64,000 nt of DNA. It comes from an uncultured archaeon. GTDB taxonomy: Archaea; Thermoplasmatota; Penumbrarchaeia; JASLWR01. Every line of letters begins with the position of its first letter. Position 1 is the first letter of the stretch. Location: positions 1 through 64,000 of the forward strand of contig CAYSHM010000011.1 in NCBI GenBank assembly GCA_964430885.1, in the 5' to 3' direction. This document shows, piece after piece, positions 19,329-28,429 of this stretch. The notes under the pieces were generated by a model, which saw nothing but the letters and a program-made list of their open reading frames with translations, was not told the origin of the DNA and did no database searches. The translations under genes and the position numbers were made by a program.

Positions 19329-20444
19329 ATGAGCAAAGTATATTTCTACGCATTGAATCAGGGACATACAAGAGATGATGTATTATCTGGTATTGAAAAA
19401 TTGTTCAGAGAAGCCAATTTCTCATCAGTATTGAAAAAGAATGATTTCACAGCTGTGAAGGTCCATTTCGGTGAGCGGGAAAATAAAAACTATGTTCAAC
19501 CCGAATTCGTTTCCAGAATTGCTGAATTGGCTTCGGATAAGAACGTTAAATGTTTCATTACTGATGCCAATACCATCTACAGGGGCGGCCGCTCAAATGC
19601 GGTTGATCATCTCTTAACTGCTTATGATCATGGATTTATATATTCAGGTACGGGTTTTCCGGTGCTTATATCCGACGGTTTATCTGGTAAGGATTACCGG
19701 GAGATATCTATCAACGGACAGCATTTCAATAAAATAAAGGTTTCATCTGCAGCCGTAGATTCGGATTCCATGATAGTAGTAACACATTTTAAAGGTCACA
19801 TGCTGGCAGGTTTTGGTGGAGCTTTAAAAAATGTAGGCATGGGATTGGCTTCCCGAAGCGGTAAACAGGAGCAGCACAGCGATGTGAAACCCACCATATC
19901 AGAAAAGATGTGCATTCGATGCTTTCAGTGCATTAGTGCCTGTCCGGTCGATGCCATTGTCGATAATGGGGATTCAGCCAGGGTCAGACACGATATCTGC
20001 ATCGGCTGCGGGGAGTGTACGGTAGCTTGCAGAATTGGAGCGATTGAAGTCAGATGGAGAACGGATAACCTGACTTTTCAGGAGAAGATGATAGAGTATA
20101 CCTACGGAATATTGTCCCATTTCAGGGGGAAGGCGGCATATATGAACTTCCTCACCGATATTAGCCCTCATTGCGACTGTATGGAGAGCGATGATCCTCC
20201 GGTAGTAGGAGATATTGGGCTTCTTGCTTCTTTGGACCCTGTTGCCTTGGATCGGGCAAGTATTGATATGGTGAACGCCTCCGAGGGCCGTACTTCATCC
20301 AATTTCGGCGAGAAAATAAATGCCATGGAAAAGGGAGACGATAAGTTCAGAAAGATACATGGTGTTAATTGGGACCATCAGCTGAAATACGCTGAAAGAT
20401 TGGGCGTTGGCTCGAATGAATATGAACTCATAGAGATCAGATAA
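19329..20444 (+). CDS. DUF362-family Fe-S protein with 2x[4Fe-4S] ferredoxin insert (COG2768)
   Basis: AVKVHFGE, TDANTIY, HFKGHMLAGFGGALKNVGMG, CIRCFQCISACP, CIGCGECTVAC, CDC, DPVALD. Confidence 0.88.
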   Translation: MSKVYFYALNQGHTRDDVLSGIEKLFREANFSSVLKKNDFTAVKVHFGERENKNYVQPEFVSRIAELASDKNVKCFITDANTIYRGGRSNAVDHLLTAYDHGFIYSGTGFPVLISDGLSGKDYREISINGQHFNKIKVSSAAVDSDSMIVVTHFKGHMLAGFGGALKNVGMGLASRSGKQEQHSDVKPTISEKMCIRCFQCISACPVDAIVDNGDSARVRHDICIGCGECTVACRIGAIEVRWRTDNLTFQEKMIEYTYGILSHFRGKAAYMNFLTDISPHCDCMESDDPPVVGDIGLLASLDPVALDRASIDMVNASEGRTSSNFGEKINAMEKGDDKFRKIHGVNWDHQLKYAERLGVGSNEYELIEIR

Positions 20445-20510
20445 TCAAAGTTCAGAAATTCATATTGAAAAAATACAGCCGTGAAGAATTTAATTTTTTT
20501 TAAAAAAAGG

Positions 20511-20557
20511 GTATGTGAGAGAGTTTGGCTTGTTTCATCCAAATCTCTCTCAAATAC
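20511..20557. terminator. Imperfect long hairpin between convergent genes (possible bidirectional terminator)
   Basis: gtatgtgagagagtttgg (20511-20528) pairs with ccaaatctctctcaaatac (20539-20557), with one bulge and one mismatch; T/A runs directly upstream. Confidence 0.45.
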
Positions 20558-20585
20558 TATTTAGCCATTTAAACGGTCCGAATAT

Positions 20586-21500
20586 CTATTCTCTTTTTCT
20601 TCTGAAAACAGCTACTACACATACTAGGGCCAGTATGGCAAATAATGGCTCAAAACCGGGGATATAGATACCCTTATCCCTGATAAACAGAGAATATTCC
20701 TGAATTTCAGGTGATAGACCTTCTTCAGTACTGGTTTCGGCTGTTACCTTTATATCAACCTTTGACACCCGATTCCGATATAATGTCCAATCCTGAGGTG
20801 AGGTGACCGAGATCTTAACGATATCTTCTTTCCCCTCCTCAAGCATGATGGTCCGCGCACCAGTGGATACTACCCAATCTTCTTCTGCGAGCTTATCCAG
20901 GTTGGGGATTTCGATCTTCATTCTCTCCTGGGCGTTGCCGTCATTCTTGATCTTCAGGTTGAACACCAGAGGGTCTCCCGGATTGATCTCAATATAAGGT
21001 TCGTCGCAGGATACGGTAACCATATAATAAGGCTGGATGGTTATAATACCGTCAGTAGGCTGTATGTTATAGAGAACAGGGGAACCAGGAATTGTCTGTA
21101 CAGTTCCGGAAACGGTTAATTGCCCCTGGGTCTGGAAAGAAGTGAAATTGGGAACTCTGACAACAGCTTCGAATGTCTTGAGACTGCCAGTCTCAGCACT
21201 TGTGAAATAAAGTGTTGTTGGTGAAATGGTTGTAGCCCATCCGCAGTCGGCCTGAAGCCTTACAACGATAAGCTGGACATTCTGTCCGGGACCGATCATA
21301 TCAGCAGACACGGTTCCGGGAAATCTAACAATTCCTGTCTGACCAGGTCCTACCTTTGCTTCCTGTTCTGTAACGTCCAAGTTTATTGTGGCTATAGGCT
21401 GTGAAGCTTCCGCGTCATCTGATACAAACTCGGTCAGAATAAATATCCCCGCTGCCAGAACAACGCCGAGCAATATCATTCTTAAAGCTATGTTCTTCAT
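20586..21500 (-). CDS. Surface protein (choice-of-anchor-T-like Ig folds) with PGF-CTERM archaeosortase signal
   Basis: Signal peptide; C-terminal IPGFEPLFAILALVCVVAVFRRKRE. Confidence 0.8.
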   Translation of the reverse strand: MKNIALRMILLGVVLAAGIFILTEFVSDDAEASQPIATINLDVTEQEAKVGPGQTGIVRFPGTVSADMIGPGQNVQLIVVRLQADCGWATTISPTTLYFTSAETGSLKTFEAVVRVPNFTSFQTQGQLTVSGTVQTIPGSPVLYNIQPTDGIITIQPYYMVTVSCDEPYIEINPGDPLVFNLKIKNDGNAQERMKIEIPNLDKLAEEDWVVSTGARTIMLEEGKEDIVKISVTSPQDWTLYRNRVSKVDIKVTAETSTEEGLSPEIQEYSLFIRDKGIYIPGFEPLFAILALVCVVAVFRRKRE

Positions 21501-21551
21501 ATTATAATCTCCTTTATTATCTTCGCTATCTATATGTTAGATAATCATCAG

Positions 21552-21597
21552 TTTTTTATATATGTCTTTCCGTGATAACTGTTCTAATGGTTATCAC
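21552..21597 (-). promoter_or_regulatory. BRE/TATA promoter with an adjacent 8-10-8 palindromic operator
   Basis: Minus strand GAAAGACATATATAAAAAA; GTGATAAC-N10-GTTATCAC at 21572-21597 immediately upstream. Confidence 0.5.
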
Positions 21598-21739
21598 TGC
21601 ATACTGGGTATAGCAATGGTTTTATTTTATGATTTCTAAATCTGTTTAAATAAATGCCAATTATCTGGATTTTGTGATAGTATTCAATAAAGCTTAGAAT
21701 TTCTGAAATATTGGTGAATGTCCTTTACTATATTTGACA

Positions 21740-22957
21740 TCAATTATATAGCGGTCTGTAGTCATCCAACGTTTCAGACATGCCGTGGAACAATCTGACC
21801 CAATATTTGGCGCGCATTTCAGGGTCGTACTCCACCCAGTGTAATTTCCATTGAAAATGCTCGGTAAAAAGGTCATAAAAGAATCTAGCTACACTCATTG
21901 GCTCGATTCCTTCCCTGAAAGCCCGATCACATATTATCTTGATCTCGGACCATCTTATCTTTGTAGAATCTTCCAGTATATGATCTATGGAATCAGGAAC
22001 CAATCCTTTATCCATGGACGGGAAATCCCGCATATTCAATTTGTCCCAATTTCCATGTATTCTAAACAGTTTTGATCCCATATACTCCTCATACATTTTA
22101 AGCCATCCTGGATCCCCGTAAGGAATTGTCACATTGGATGATTTTGCCAATTCAGTCACCAGCTTCCGGTTTCTGCGTATCTTGATCCTTTCCTCAAGGC
22201 TTAGACCTTCAGCTGGAATTGAATAACCAGTAGGAACATTATTAGCACACCAATCTGATCCCATTCGGTCGATGTATTTTTTCATGATATGTTTCTGATG
22301 AGATGAAAAGGCCAGCCTTACATCCCTCATGAAAAGCGGGTCCGCCCATAGATCCAGGTCGAGGACCATCATACTATTGTCTAGCCGGATGTCCTTCGGC
22401 TGCAAGTGTCCTTCATAGATCTCGTTGACCTTGCTGTAGAGGAATTCCATTAGTTTTCCAGATGCATCATGCACTCTGTTATGTGAGCAGGGTACGTCAG
22501 GGTTTCTGGAATGTGTTATTTCACTTGCTTTACCGAATTTATCCATCAGACCGAACACAGGGCTCCCCTCTTTGATCTTGGAAGCATAGTGGTAGCCTTG
22601 TCCGGTCATCAATTTGATATATTCAATGCCATATTGATCTAGGACCTTTTCCACACTTGAACAGAAAGGCTCCATCCTCTGAAAAACGCTTTCCTCTTGA
22701 TTGAACGGTTCGGAGTAATCTTTGGGATTATAATATTCAAGATCGAGAACAATAAGATAACAGTTCTTCTGCCAGACGCTTGTGAATCCATCAAGGTTCT
22801 TTTCCAGCATCCAATCGAGGAGAGTTGGTCTTACGGATTTGAAGGTCTGAAAATGGTTCTTCTCTAGATATTTGCCGAATCCTACCAAATAGACTGAATC
22901 CGGAATGTATTCAAGTATTCTTTCTTTAAATGCTGGATGGGGGTAATATTCACTCAT
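21740..22957 (-). CDS. Stand-alone archaeo-eukaryotic primase (AEP) superfamily-like protein
   Basis: Motif I LDLEY (DxE), motif II TGQGYH, motif III DLDLWAD...RDVRLAFSSHQK, resembling the PriS D...R..R.P.S.H.K pattern. Confidence 0.55.
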   Translation of the reverse strand: MSEYYPHPAFKERILEYIPDSVYLVGFGKYLEKNHFQTFKSVRPTLLDWMLEKNLDGFTSVWQKNCYLIVLDLEYYNPKDYSEPFNQEESVFQRMEPFCSSVEKVLDQYGIEYIKLMTGQGYHYASKIKEGSPVFGLMDKFGKASEITHSRNPDVPCSHNRVHDASGKLMEFLYSKVNEIYEGHLQPKDIRLDNSMMVLDLDLWADPLFMRDVRLAFSSHQKHIMKKYIDRMGSDWCANNVPTGYSIPAEGLSLEERIKIRRNRKLVTELAKSSNVTIPYGDPGWLKMYEEYMGSKLFRIHGNWDKLNMRDFPSMDKGLVPDSIDHILEDSTKIRWSEIKIICDRAFREGIEPMSVARFFYDLFTEHFQWKLHWVEYDPEMRAKYWVRLFHGMSETLDDYRPLYN

Positions 22958-23111
22958 GATAAAATCCTCAGATTGTCAAATTCCATATCAAGTGTCCTGT
23001 GAATTACACTTTCATTTAATAATACTTTTCCTATTTGTCTGCAGGTCTTCCATTTATAGAATTATTATGAGCCCTATTGAAGCGGATTTGTAGAAAAGAA
23101 CGACTGGAAAA

Positions 23112-23804
23112 CTAGATGATGATCTGATCCCAATACCTTTTGATTATGTCCTGAAAACCTCCTCCCCAGTTTTCATCGGAAATATAATCCGCAACCTGTT
23201 TTGCTTCATTTACCGCATTATTTACTGCTGCACCTATTCCGCAGCTTTTTATCATGTCCACATCGTTGTGGGAATCACCGATGGCTAGAACGTTTTCCAA
23301 AGGGATATCAAGTATTCCCAGGGCCTTTTCGACTCCTCTGAGCTTATTGACATGGATTTGTGAGATATGATAGGCAAAATTGGTATCCTCCGCCTTGAAG
23401 CCGTTCATCCGGGCTTCTTTGTTCAGGATTTCAAAATCCATATTCCTTTTCAGAACATACTCGCTCATTCTCCACGCGTCGCTTGGAAGGGTTGACACTT
23501 GGTAATTGGAGAAGATGTCCTTCATGAATTTATCCAATTTTCCCCTGTCCCCGAGAACATCTAATATTCCCTTTTTTTCCCAAGCCACCACCCCTCCGTT
23601 CTCAGCAACGATAGGATTATCCAAACCAATGAACTTGGCCAAATACATTACTACGGGGTAGGCATTTCCCGAGGCCAGAATTACAGGTGAATTCTTTGAA
23701 TCAATCACCCGGATAAGCTCAATGGCACCCGTATCAATTCTTCGGTGTTTATCTGTTATCGTAGCGTCAATATCAGTAACCACAGCTTTTATTAGAGGCA
23801 TCAT
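23112..23804 (-). CDS. HAD-superfamily phosphoglycolate phosphatase (archaeal SPP/Cof type)
   Basis: TDIDATIT, LASGN, AENGG, NKLRG, IGDSHND; ATG 23804 after GGAG. Confidence 0.88.
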   Translation of the reverse strand: MMPLIKAVVTDIDATITDKHRRIDTGAIELIRVIDSKNSPVILASGNAYPVVMYLAKFIGLDNPIVAENGGVVAWEKKGILDVLGDRGKLDKFMKDIFSNYQVSTLPSDAWRMSEYVLKRNMDFEILNKEARMNGFKAEDTNFAYHISQIHVNKLRGVEKALGILDIPLENVLAIGDSHNDVDMIKSCGIGAAVNNAVNEAKQVADYISDENWGGGFQDIIKRYWDQIII

Positions 23805-23829
23805 TATATCTCCGTGAAATGTGATCTGA

Positions 23830-24507
23830 TCAAATGATTTTTCCATCCTTCAATATGATTTTTCTATCAGCGAGCTCAGCTATGACATCATCATGGGTAG
23901 CCATTATAATAGTGACCTTTTCTTCTTCATTTATTCGGGTCAGAATTTTTCCGATATTGTCTCCGCTAATGGAGTCAAGCTCCCCTGTGGGTTCATCCGC
24001 CAATATTATCTTGGGTCTGTTGGCAAGGGCCCGGGCAATAGCGACCCTCTGCTGTTCTCCGCCTGATAATTGGTTGGGGAAGTGACGGATTCTCTCGCCT
24101 AGTTCCATCATATCCAGTAGCTCTATTGCTCTTTTTTTTCTTTCCCTTCTGCCGATTTTCCCTTCCTTCATGGGCAGTATCACATTCTCCAAAGCATTCA
24201 TTGTAGGTATTAGATAGAACCGCTGGAATATGAAACCGATTTTTTTCAATCTGATCTTACTAAGCGCAGAATCCCTCATTCTGGATATGTTCTCACCGTC
24301 AAGAATTACCTCTCCGGCGGTGGGCCGGTCAATTCCTCCGATGAGATTCAGAAGTGTTGTCTTCCCGGAGCCCGACTTGCCCTGTACTGCAAGAAATGTT
24401 CCTTTGGATACATTAATATCTACTGCTCTGAGTGCAAACAGATCCTTGCTTCCCACCTTGTAGGATCTGGTCAATGAATTTGTTTTCAAGATGATAGATC
24501 TGCTCAT
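23830..24507 (-). CDS. ABC transporter ATP-binding protein (LolD/MacB type)
   Basis: [37 protein letters not shown]. Confidence 0.93.
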   Translation of the reverse strand: MSRSIILKTNSLTRSYKVGSKDLFALRAVDINVSKGTFLAVQGKSGSGKTTLLNLIGGIDRPTAGEVILDGENISRMRDSALSKIRLKKIGFIFQRFYLIPTMNALENVILPMKEGKIGRRERKKRAIELLDMMELGERIRHFPNQLSGGEQQRVAIARALANRPKIILADEPTGELDSISGDNIGKILTRINEEEKVTIIMATHDDVIAELADRKIILKDGKII

Positions 24508-24573
24508 ATTCTTATCAGCCCAATTATAATTTAAGATTTTAAGGATTATTTGATAACCGATGCAGGTGTGACA

Positions 24574-25155
24574 TTATTCAATCAGGGCGGTCATTTCGCC
24601 GTAGTCCGAGGATACTTTCTTTCTGATCTCAAACTTGCATTTTATACATGCGAGTAAACGTCCGCGCCTTTGGAATGTGTTACCGCATGAATGGCATACT
24701 GATTTCATGATACCCATATCTTCCTGGGCCGTTGAAACCATGATGGATGGTTCAACCTGGATTACCAACCCTTTTACTATATCATTTTCAGACATTTCGT
24801 TCTCAATGTTATTGATATGTTTTCGGGATATCATTGATAAATGTATTCTTGCCCTTTTGCTTTTGAATATGGGCCTGAACTTCTGCCGGGGTTTTTTTTT
24901 CTTGTAGTATATGTCAATAAAAACATGATTCTTTGAAAACTTCGATACCCTACCAAGTACAGTATCGTTTTTTTGGACATCTTCACAATAAGAACCCGTC
25001 GGGATAACTTCTACAAGCATTTCCTCCTGATCGACCATTTTCATCCCTTTCACAGAGGAAAATATTCTGCCGGATTCAACAAAGGTTCCCTTTCCAGGTA
25101 AGTATTCCTCACATGATGCTATGTAATCACCAGGCAGCAATGGTTTTTCTTTCAA
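24574..25155 (-). CDS. csl4: Exosome RNA-binding subunit Csl4
   Basis: LPGDYIASCEEYLPGKGTF, S1 domain, Zn ribbon CHSCG...CIKC, RKKVSSDYG; SD GGAGG before TTG. Confidence 0.9.
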   Translation of the reverse strand: MKEKPLLPGDYIASCEEYLPGKGTFVESGRIFSSVKGMKMVDQEEMLVEVIPTGSYCEDVQKNDTVLGRVSKFSKNHVFIDIYYKKKKPRQKFRPIFKSKRARIHLSMISRKHINNIENEMSENDIVKGLVIQVEPSIMVSTAQEDMGIMKSVCHSCGNTFQRRGRLLACIKCKFEIRKKVSSDYGEMTALIE

Positions 25156-25283
25156 TTAATGTCCTCCGTCAATTGAGAAGTAATTCCGAGACAGTTTATG
25201 TAACTACTGGAACAATGAAATATTTTTTCCAATTCAATTTCAAAATAATAAAAACATCCCCTGAGGGATTATTGGAGCAAATC

Positions 25284-25311
25284 AAGGAAAAAAGAAAAAG
25301 GAAGGAGAAGG
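25284..25311 (-). terminator. Pyrimidine/U-rich putative terminator after the RPA operon
   Basis: Plus-strand aaggaaaaaagaaaaaggaaggagaagg about 100 nt past the stop at 25413. Confidence 0.3.
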
Positions 25312-25412
25312 TACACATCTCCAATTCATAATTAGAATGAATTTGTTTCTACTTATGTCAATTTACAGAGAGATCGTATGAATCATCTGAATGTTCCTGA
25401 GTCGATCCAAAA

Positions 25413-26390
25413 TCAGACCAATTTTATTCTTCCAACAATAGGCTCGAAGATACTTCCGTTGTTGTAGAGATCTTCCATTATCTGACTGAGTGTCTCTTTG
25501 TTCAATCCGTTATTGAGGCCTTCGGTCACGATTTCATCCCAGGAAGCGCCGTCTTTTTCCTGATCCTGCTGGTCCACATCCTTGATAATTTTCAGGACCA
25601 GGTTCTCCAGTTCCTCCTTTGTTGGTCCGGCATCCTCCTCGGATCCATCTTCTTCTGTTTTGCTGTCCGAACCATCGCGTGTATTATCACTTGGATAGGT
25701 TTCAAAGGAGGTCATGTATTCATCTTTTTCCTTCATATCCTGAAAAGCTTCCAGATCGGATATTCCATCCTTCTTGAGCACTGTGGAAAGAGCGGATACC
25801 GAGTTTTTAAAGAAAGGTGTGGTATCGATCTCACCATAATATTCCAATGCCAGCATAGCACCCTCGCTTTCAGCTTTGGTGAACCCGAGATTATTGAGTT
25901 CTTCCGCTGAGGGCTGATGCATCTTCAGTGCTTCCCTGTAGGCCTCTATCCTTCTGACGGTAGTTTTTGCAGTCTTAACGAACCAGTAATCTCTGGCTTT
26001 TTGATCTATAGTTTTAATCATTTCAGGACTTATGGATACTAGAAGTCCCCCCCCTTCAGGTTCGAAGCTTCTCACCTTTCCCATTACAGCAACATAGGAT
26101 GGGAAATCAATATCGCTTAGAGTCGTTGCCATATTGGGATTGAACTGTCCCGCTGTCAGATAGAAGGTCCCAGTGGTATCTGATACCTTTGCTCTGAAGA
26201 ATGGCTCCTCATCGCTTCCTCTGTTCTCAACGTCTATCAGAACTCCGCAGAGATATATCCTGTTCATTTTGGAGCCTAAGGGACTGATGACATAATTGGG
26301 TGAATACTCTCCTTCACCTCTTGTCCTTATGTTCGAACGGTTGAACTCCTCTGCAAATACTCGGTGTGCCCTCTCTCTTCCAATGCTCAT
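25413..26390 (-). CDS. RPA-associated / RPA2-like OB-fold protein with C-terminal winged helix (COG3390)
   Basis: RERAHRVFAEEF, SPNYVISPLG, NRIYLCGVL, SDTTGTF, AGQFNP; C-terminal GSIFEP. Confidence 0.88.
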   Translation of the reverse strand: MSIGRERAHRVFAEEFNRSNIRTRGEGEYSPNYVISPLGSKMNRIYLCGVLIDVENRGSDEEPFFRAKVSDTTGTFYLTAGQFNPNMATTLSDIDFPSYVAVMGKVRSFEPEGGGLLVSISPEMIKTIDQKARDYWFVKTAKTTVRRIEAYREALKMHQPSAEELNNLGFTKAESEGAMLALEYYGEIDTTPFFKNSVSALSTVLKKDGISDLEAFQDMKEKDEYMTSFETYPSDNTRDGSDSKTEEDGSEEDAGPTKEELENLVLKIIKDVDQQDQEKDGASWDEIVTEGLNNGLNKETLSQIMEDLYNNGSIFEPIVGRIKLV

Positions 26391-26394
26391 ATTA

Positions 26395-28062
26395 TCATAC
26401 TCCTAGTTCCTCTAAAAAATCTGCGGCTTCCCTTTCAGGTGAAAAATCAGTGAAATCGAGAGACCGTGCGATCATCATTATTCCGTATTCGTCGCAGGTG
26501 ACGTTACCTCTAACTGTTATGGGTTTGGCAACTAAAAGGTCAAAGAGCTTATCAGCAAGAAAATCAGGATTTCTCATATTCTCCTTAGTTAGTTCAATGG
26601 CCTGCTCCAAATTCGTTTCAAGCATATTTTCAGTAATATTCCTGCCGGCAATTAGCTGAACAGCTCCAGTACCATCATCCAATATGGCCTTTATCCTGAG
26701 GTCAGGTTCACCTTCGACCTTCTTATGAATGGTGCAGGAGTCCTTGTGGAGTATCCTTCGGCATATTGGACAGCGCCATATTAGTCCGCTACCCTTCTGG
26801 ATGTCGAGGATGACACCCTCAACCTTTATGTTCATTCCCCCCTCGCTCTCAATGAGTTCCTCTATGGTTCGGAGGTTTTCTCTGCAGATCTCTTCAGTGT
26901 CCGGCAGCTCCTTCCGATCTAGTTTAGTCACGGTGGTGTTGTCACCAAGGGTTAACTGTGGTCCTCGCCATTGTTTGACATAGGATCCTTTGATTTCCAC
27001 TACGTCATCCTTTTCCAGTTCGAAATCCTTCCATGCGGTGAAGCTGCAGGTTCCGGTGTCATCACCGCAAATTCCGGAGAACATAATCTTGGTTCCCCCC
27101 TGAACATTTACTTCTCTGCTGTTTACCTCGATGATCCTGACCTTGATATTCACATACTCCATTCCATCTTTAAGGTCTTCCACCTTGAAATGGGAAGGTG
27201 CGATGTCATCAGCGTCCTCTCCTACCATCTTTTTGATCTCGGTGGAATTGTTGAATCCTAATTGAACCCGGTCGTTCCAGGTCTTGGTGTAAGCATTTTC
27301 GATCTCTAAAATATCCCCAACCTCGTATTCGAATTTATCCCATGCACTGAACTGAACTGAACCAGTTTTATCTCCGAGTATACCGCTGAAAACGGTTCTT
27401 GGCTGTCCATCAACCTCAACACTACGCTCTCTAATGTCCAGTATCTTACCTTTTACTACAAGGTTGCCCATGCCTCCTTGCAAGTCTCCAATTTCTGCCT
27501 TCACCGACTCGAAATTTTCGGATGAGGGTATTTCACCTATTGATTCAGCCGGTACCCTTTCAATAGATACACGGTTGCCAAGATTAATCTGCAACCGTCC
27601 TCTGAACTTATCCTTGACGTAGGCATTCTTGATTAAGACCGCATCTCCTTTCTGGAGTTCAGTATCGCCCCAGAGCGTAAAGGGCAGTACGCCTGTGGGA
27701 TCACCCATTAGACCGTAGTGAATAATTCGTTCACTTTCATCAAATGAGATGGTTTTGGGATTTATGGCCAATATCTTTACCTTGAGGTTGATGGAGGGTT
27801 CATTCTCCGTCAAGCTCATAAGTGTTCGGGGCATTCCCAATTGATCAGTATCTCCGCCGTAGTTCTTGACTATCGCTTTTTTTGCCGAGGGAAGGTCTAT
27901 CAAGAACTTCTCAGTATATTCCAATAATTTTTCTTCAATTATCTTTCGGTCAACTTTTCCGCCTAGCACCTTTTCTATCTCATCAATATGAGGTGCGATA
28001 TTATTTCTTTGATTTAACATACGTTTACCTCCAATTTTTATCACCCGACCTTCTTTTCTCAC
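26395..28062 (-). CDS. rpa: Replication protein A large subunit (multiple OB folds plus Zn finger)
   Basis: Repeated GDxTG...F..W OB folds; CPICRR...CTIH; DLRIKAILDDGTG; probable start ATG 28020 after GGAGGT. Confidence 0.9.
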   Translation of the reverse strand: MRKEGRVIKIGGKRMLNQRNNIAPHIDEIEKVLGGKVDRKIIEEKLLEYTEKFLIDLPSAKKAIVKNYGGDTDQLGMPRTLMSLTENEPSINLKVKILAINPKTISFDESERIIHYGLMGDPTGVLPFTLWGDTELQKGDAVLIKNAYVKDKFRGRLQINLGNRVSIERVPAESIGEIPSSENFESVKAEIGDLQGGMGNLVVKGKILDIRERSVEVDGQPRTVFSGILGDKTGSVQFSAWDKFEYEVGDILEIENAYTKTWNDRVQLGFNNSTEIKKMVGEDADDIAPSHFKVEDLKDGMEYVNIKVRIIEVNSREVNVQGGTKIMFSGICGDDTGTCSFTAWKDFELEKDDVVEIKGSYVKQWRGPQLTLGDNTTVTKLDRKELPDTEEICRENLRTIEELIESEGGMNIKVEGVILDIQKGSGLIWRCPICRRILHKDSCTIHKKVEGEPDLRIKAILDDGTGAVQLIAGRNITENMLETNLEQAIELTKENMRNPDFLADKLFDLLVAKPITVRGNVTCDEYGIMMIARSLDFTDFSPEREAADFLEELGV

Positions 28063-28429
28063 ATTTTGTTGCCGGGCAAACCAAGTATTGCACTTATTGT
28101 TTATATAGCTTTAGAAGAGGGTGAGAGAGGTGAGTAAAAGTAAGTTATGCCATTCTGAAACACCGTTAAAAAGGGAATAAAGATATGGGATATCACTAGA
28201 ATCTATATTAAATCCGATGTAAAGCAGCTTCGATCTTTCAATGCAATTTGAATAATAGCAGTCCAGGTTATTCTGGCATAGTAAATTTAAGGTGAATATA
28301 ACATTGTGATATTTTTATAATTAAAATGTAAAATGACCCAAAATAAATAATATATTCGTGTGTATATTAGTTTAGTCCATATTCAATAATATCATAATCA
28401 ATTGAGTGATATATATTTGATGTCAATAA

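Noticed and set aside
21740-22957. Canonical replicative primase small subunit PriS
   Set aside because: It lacks the typical N-terminal REF and LVFDID motifs and has no priL neighbour, so it is kept only as AEP-like.
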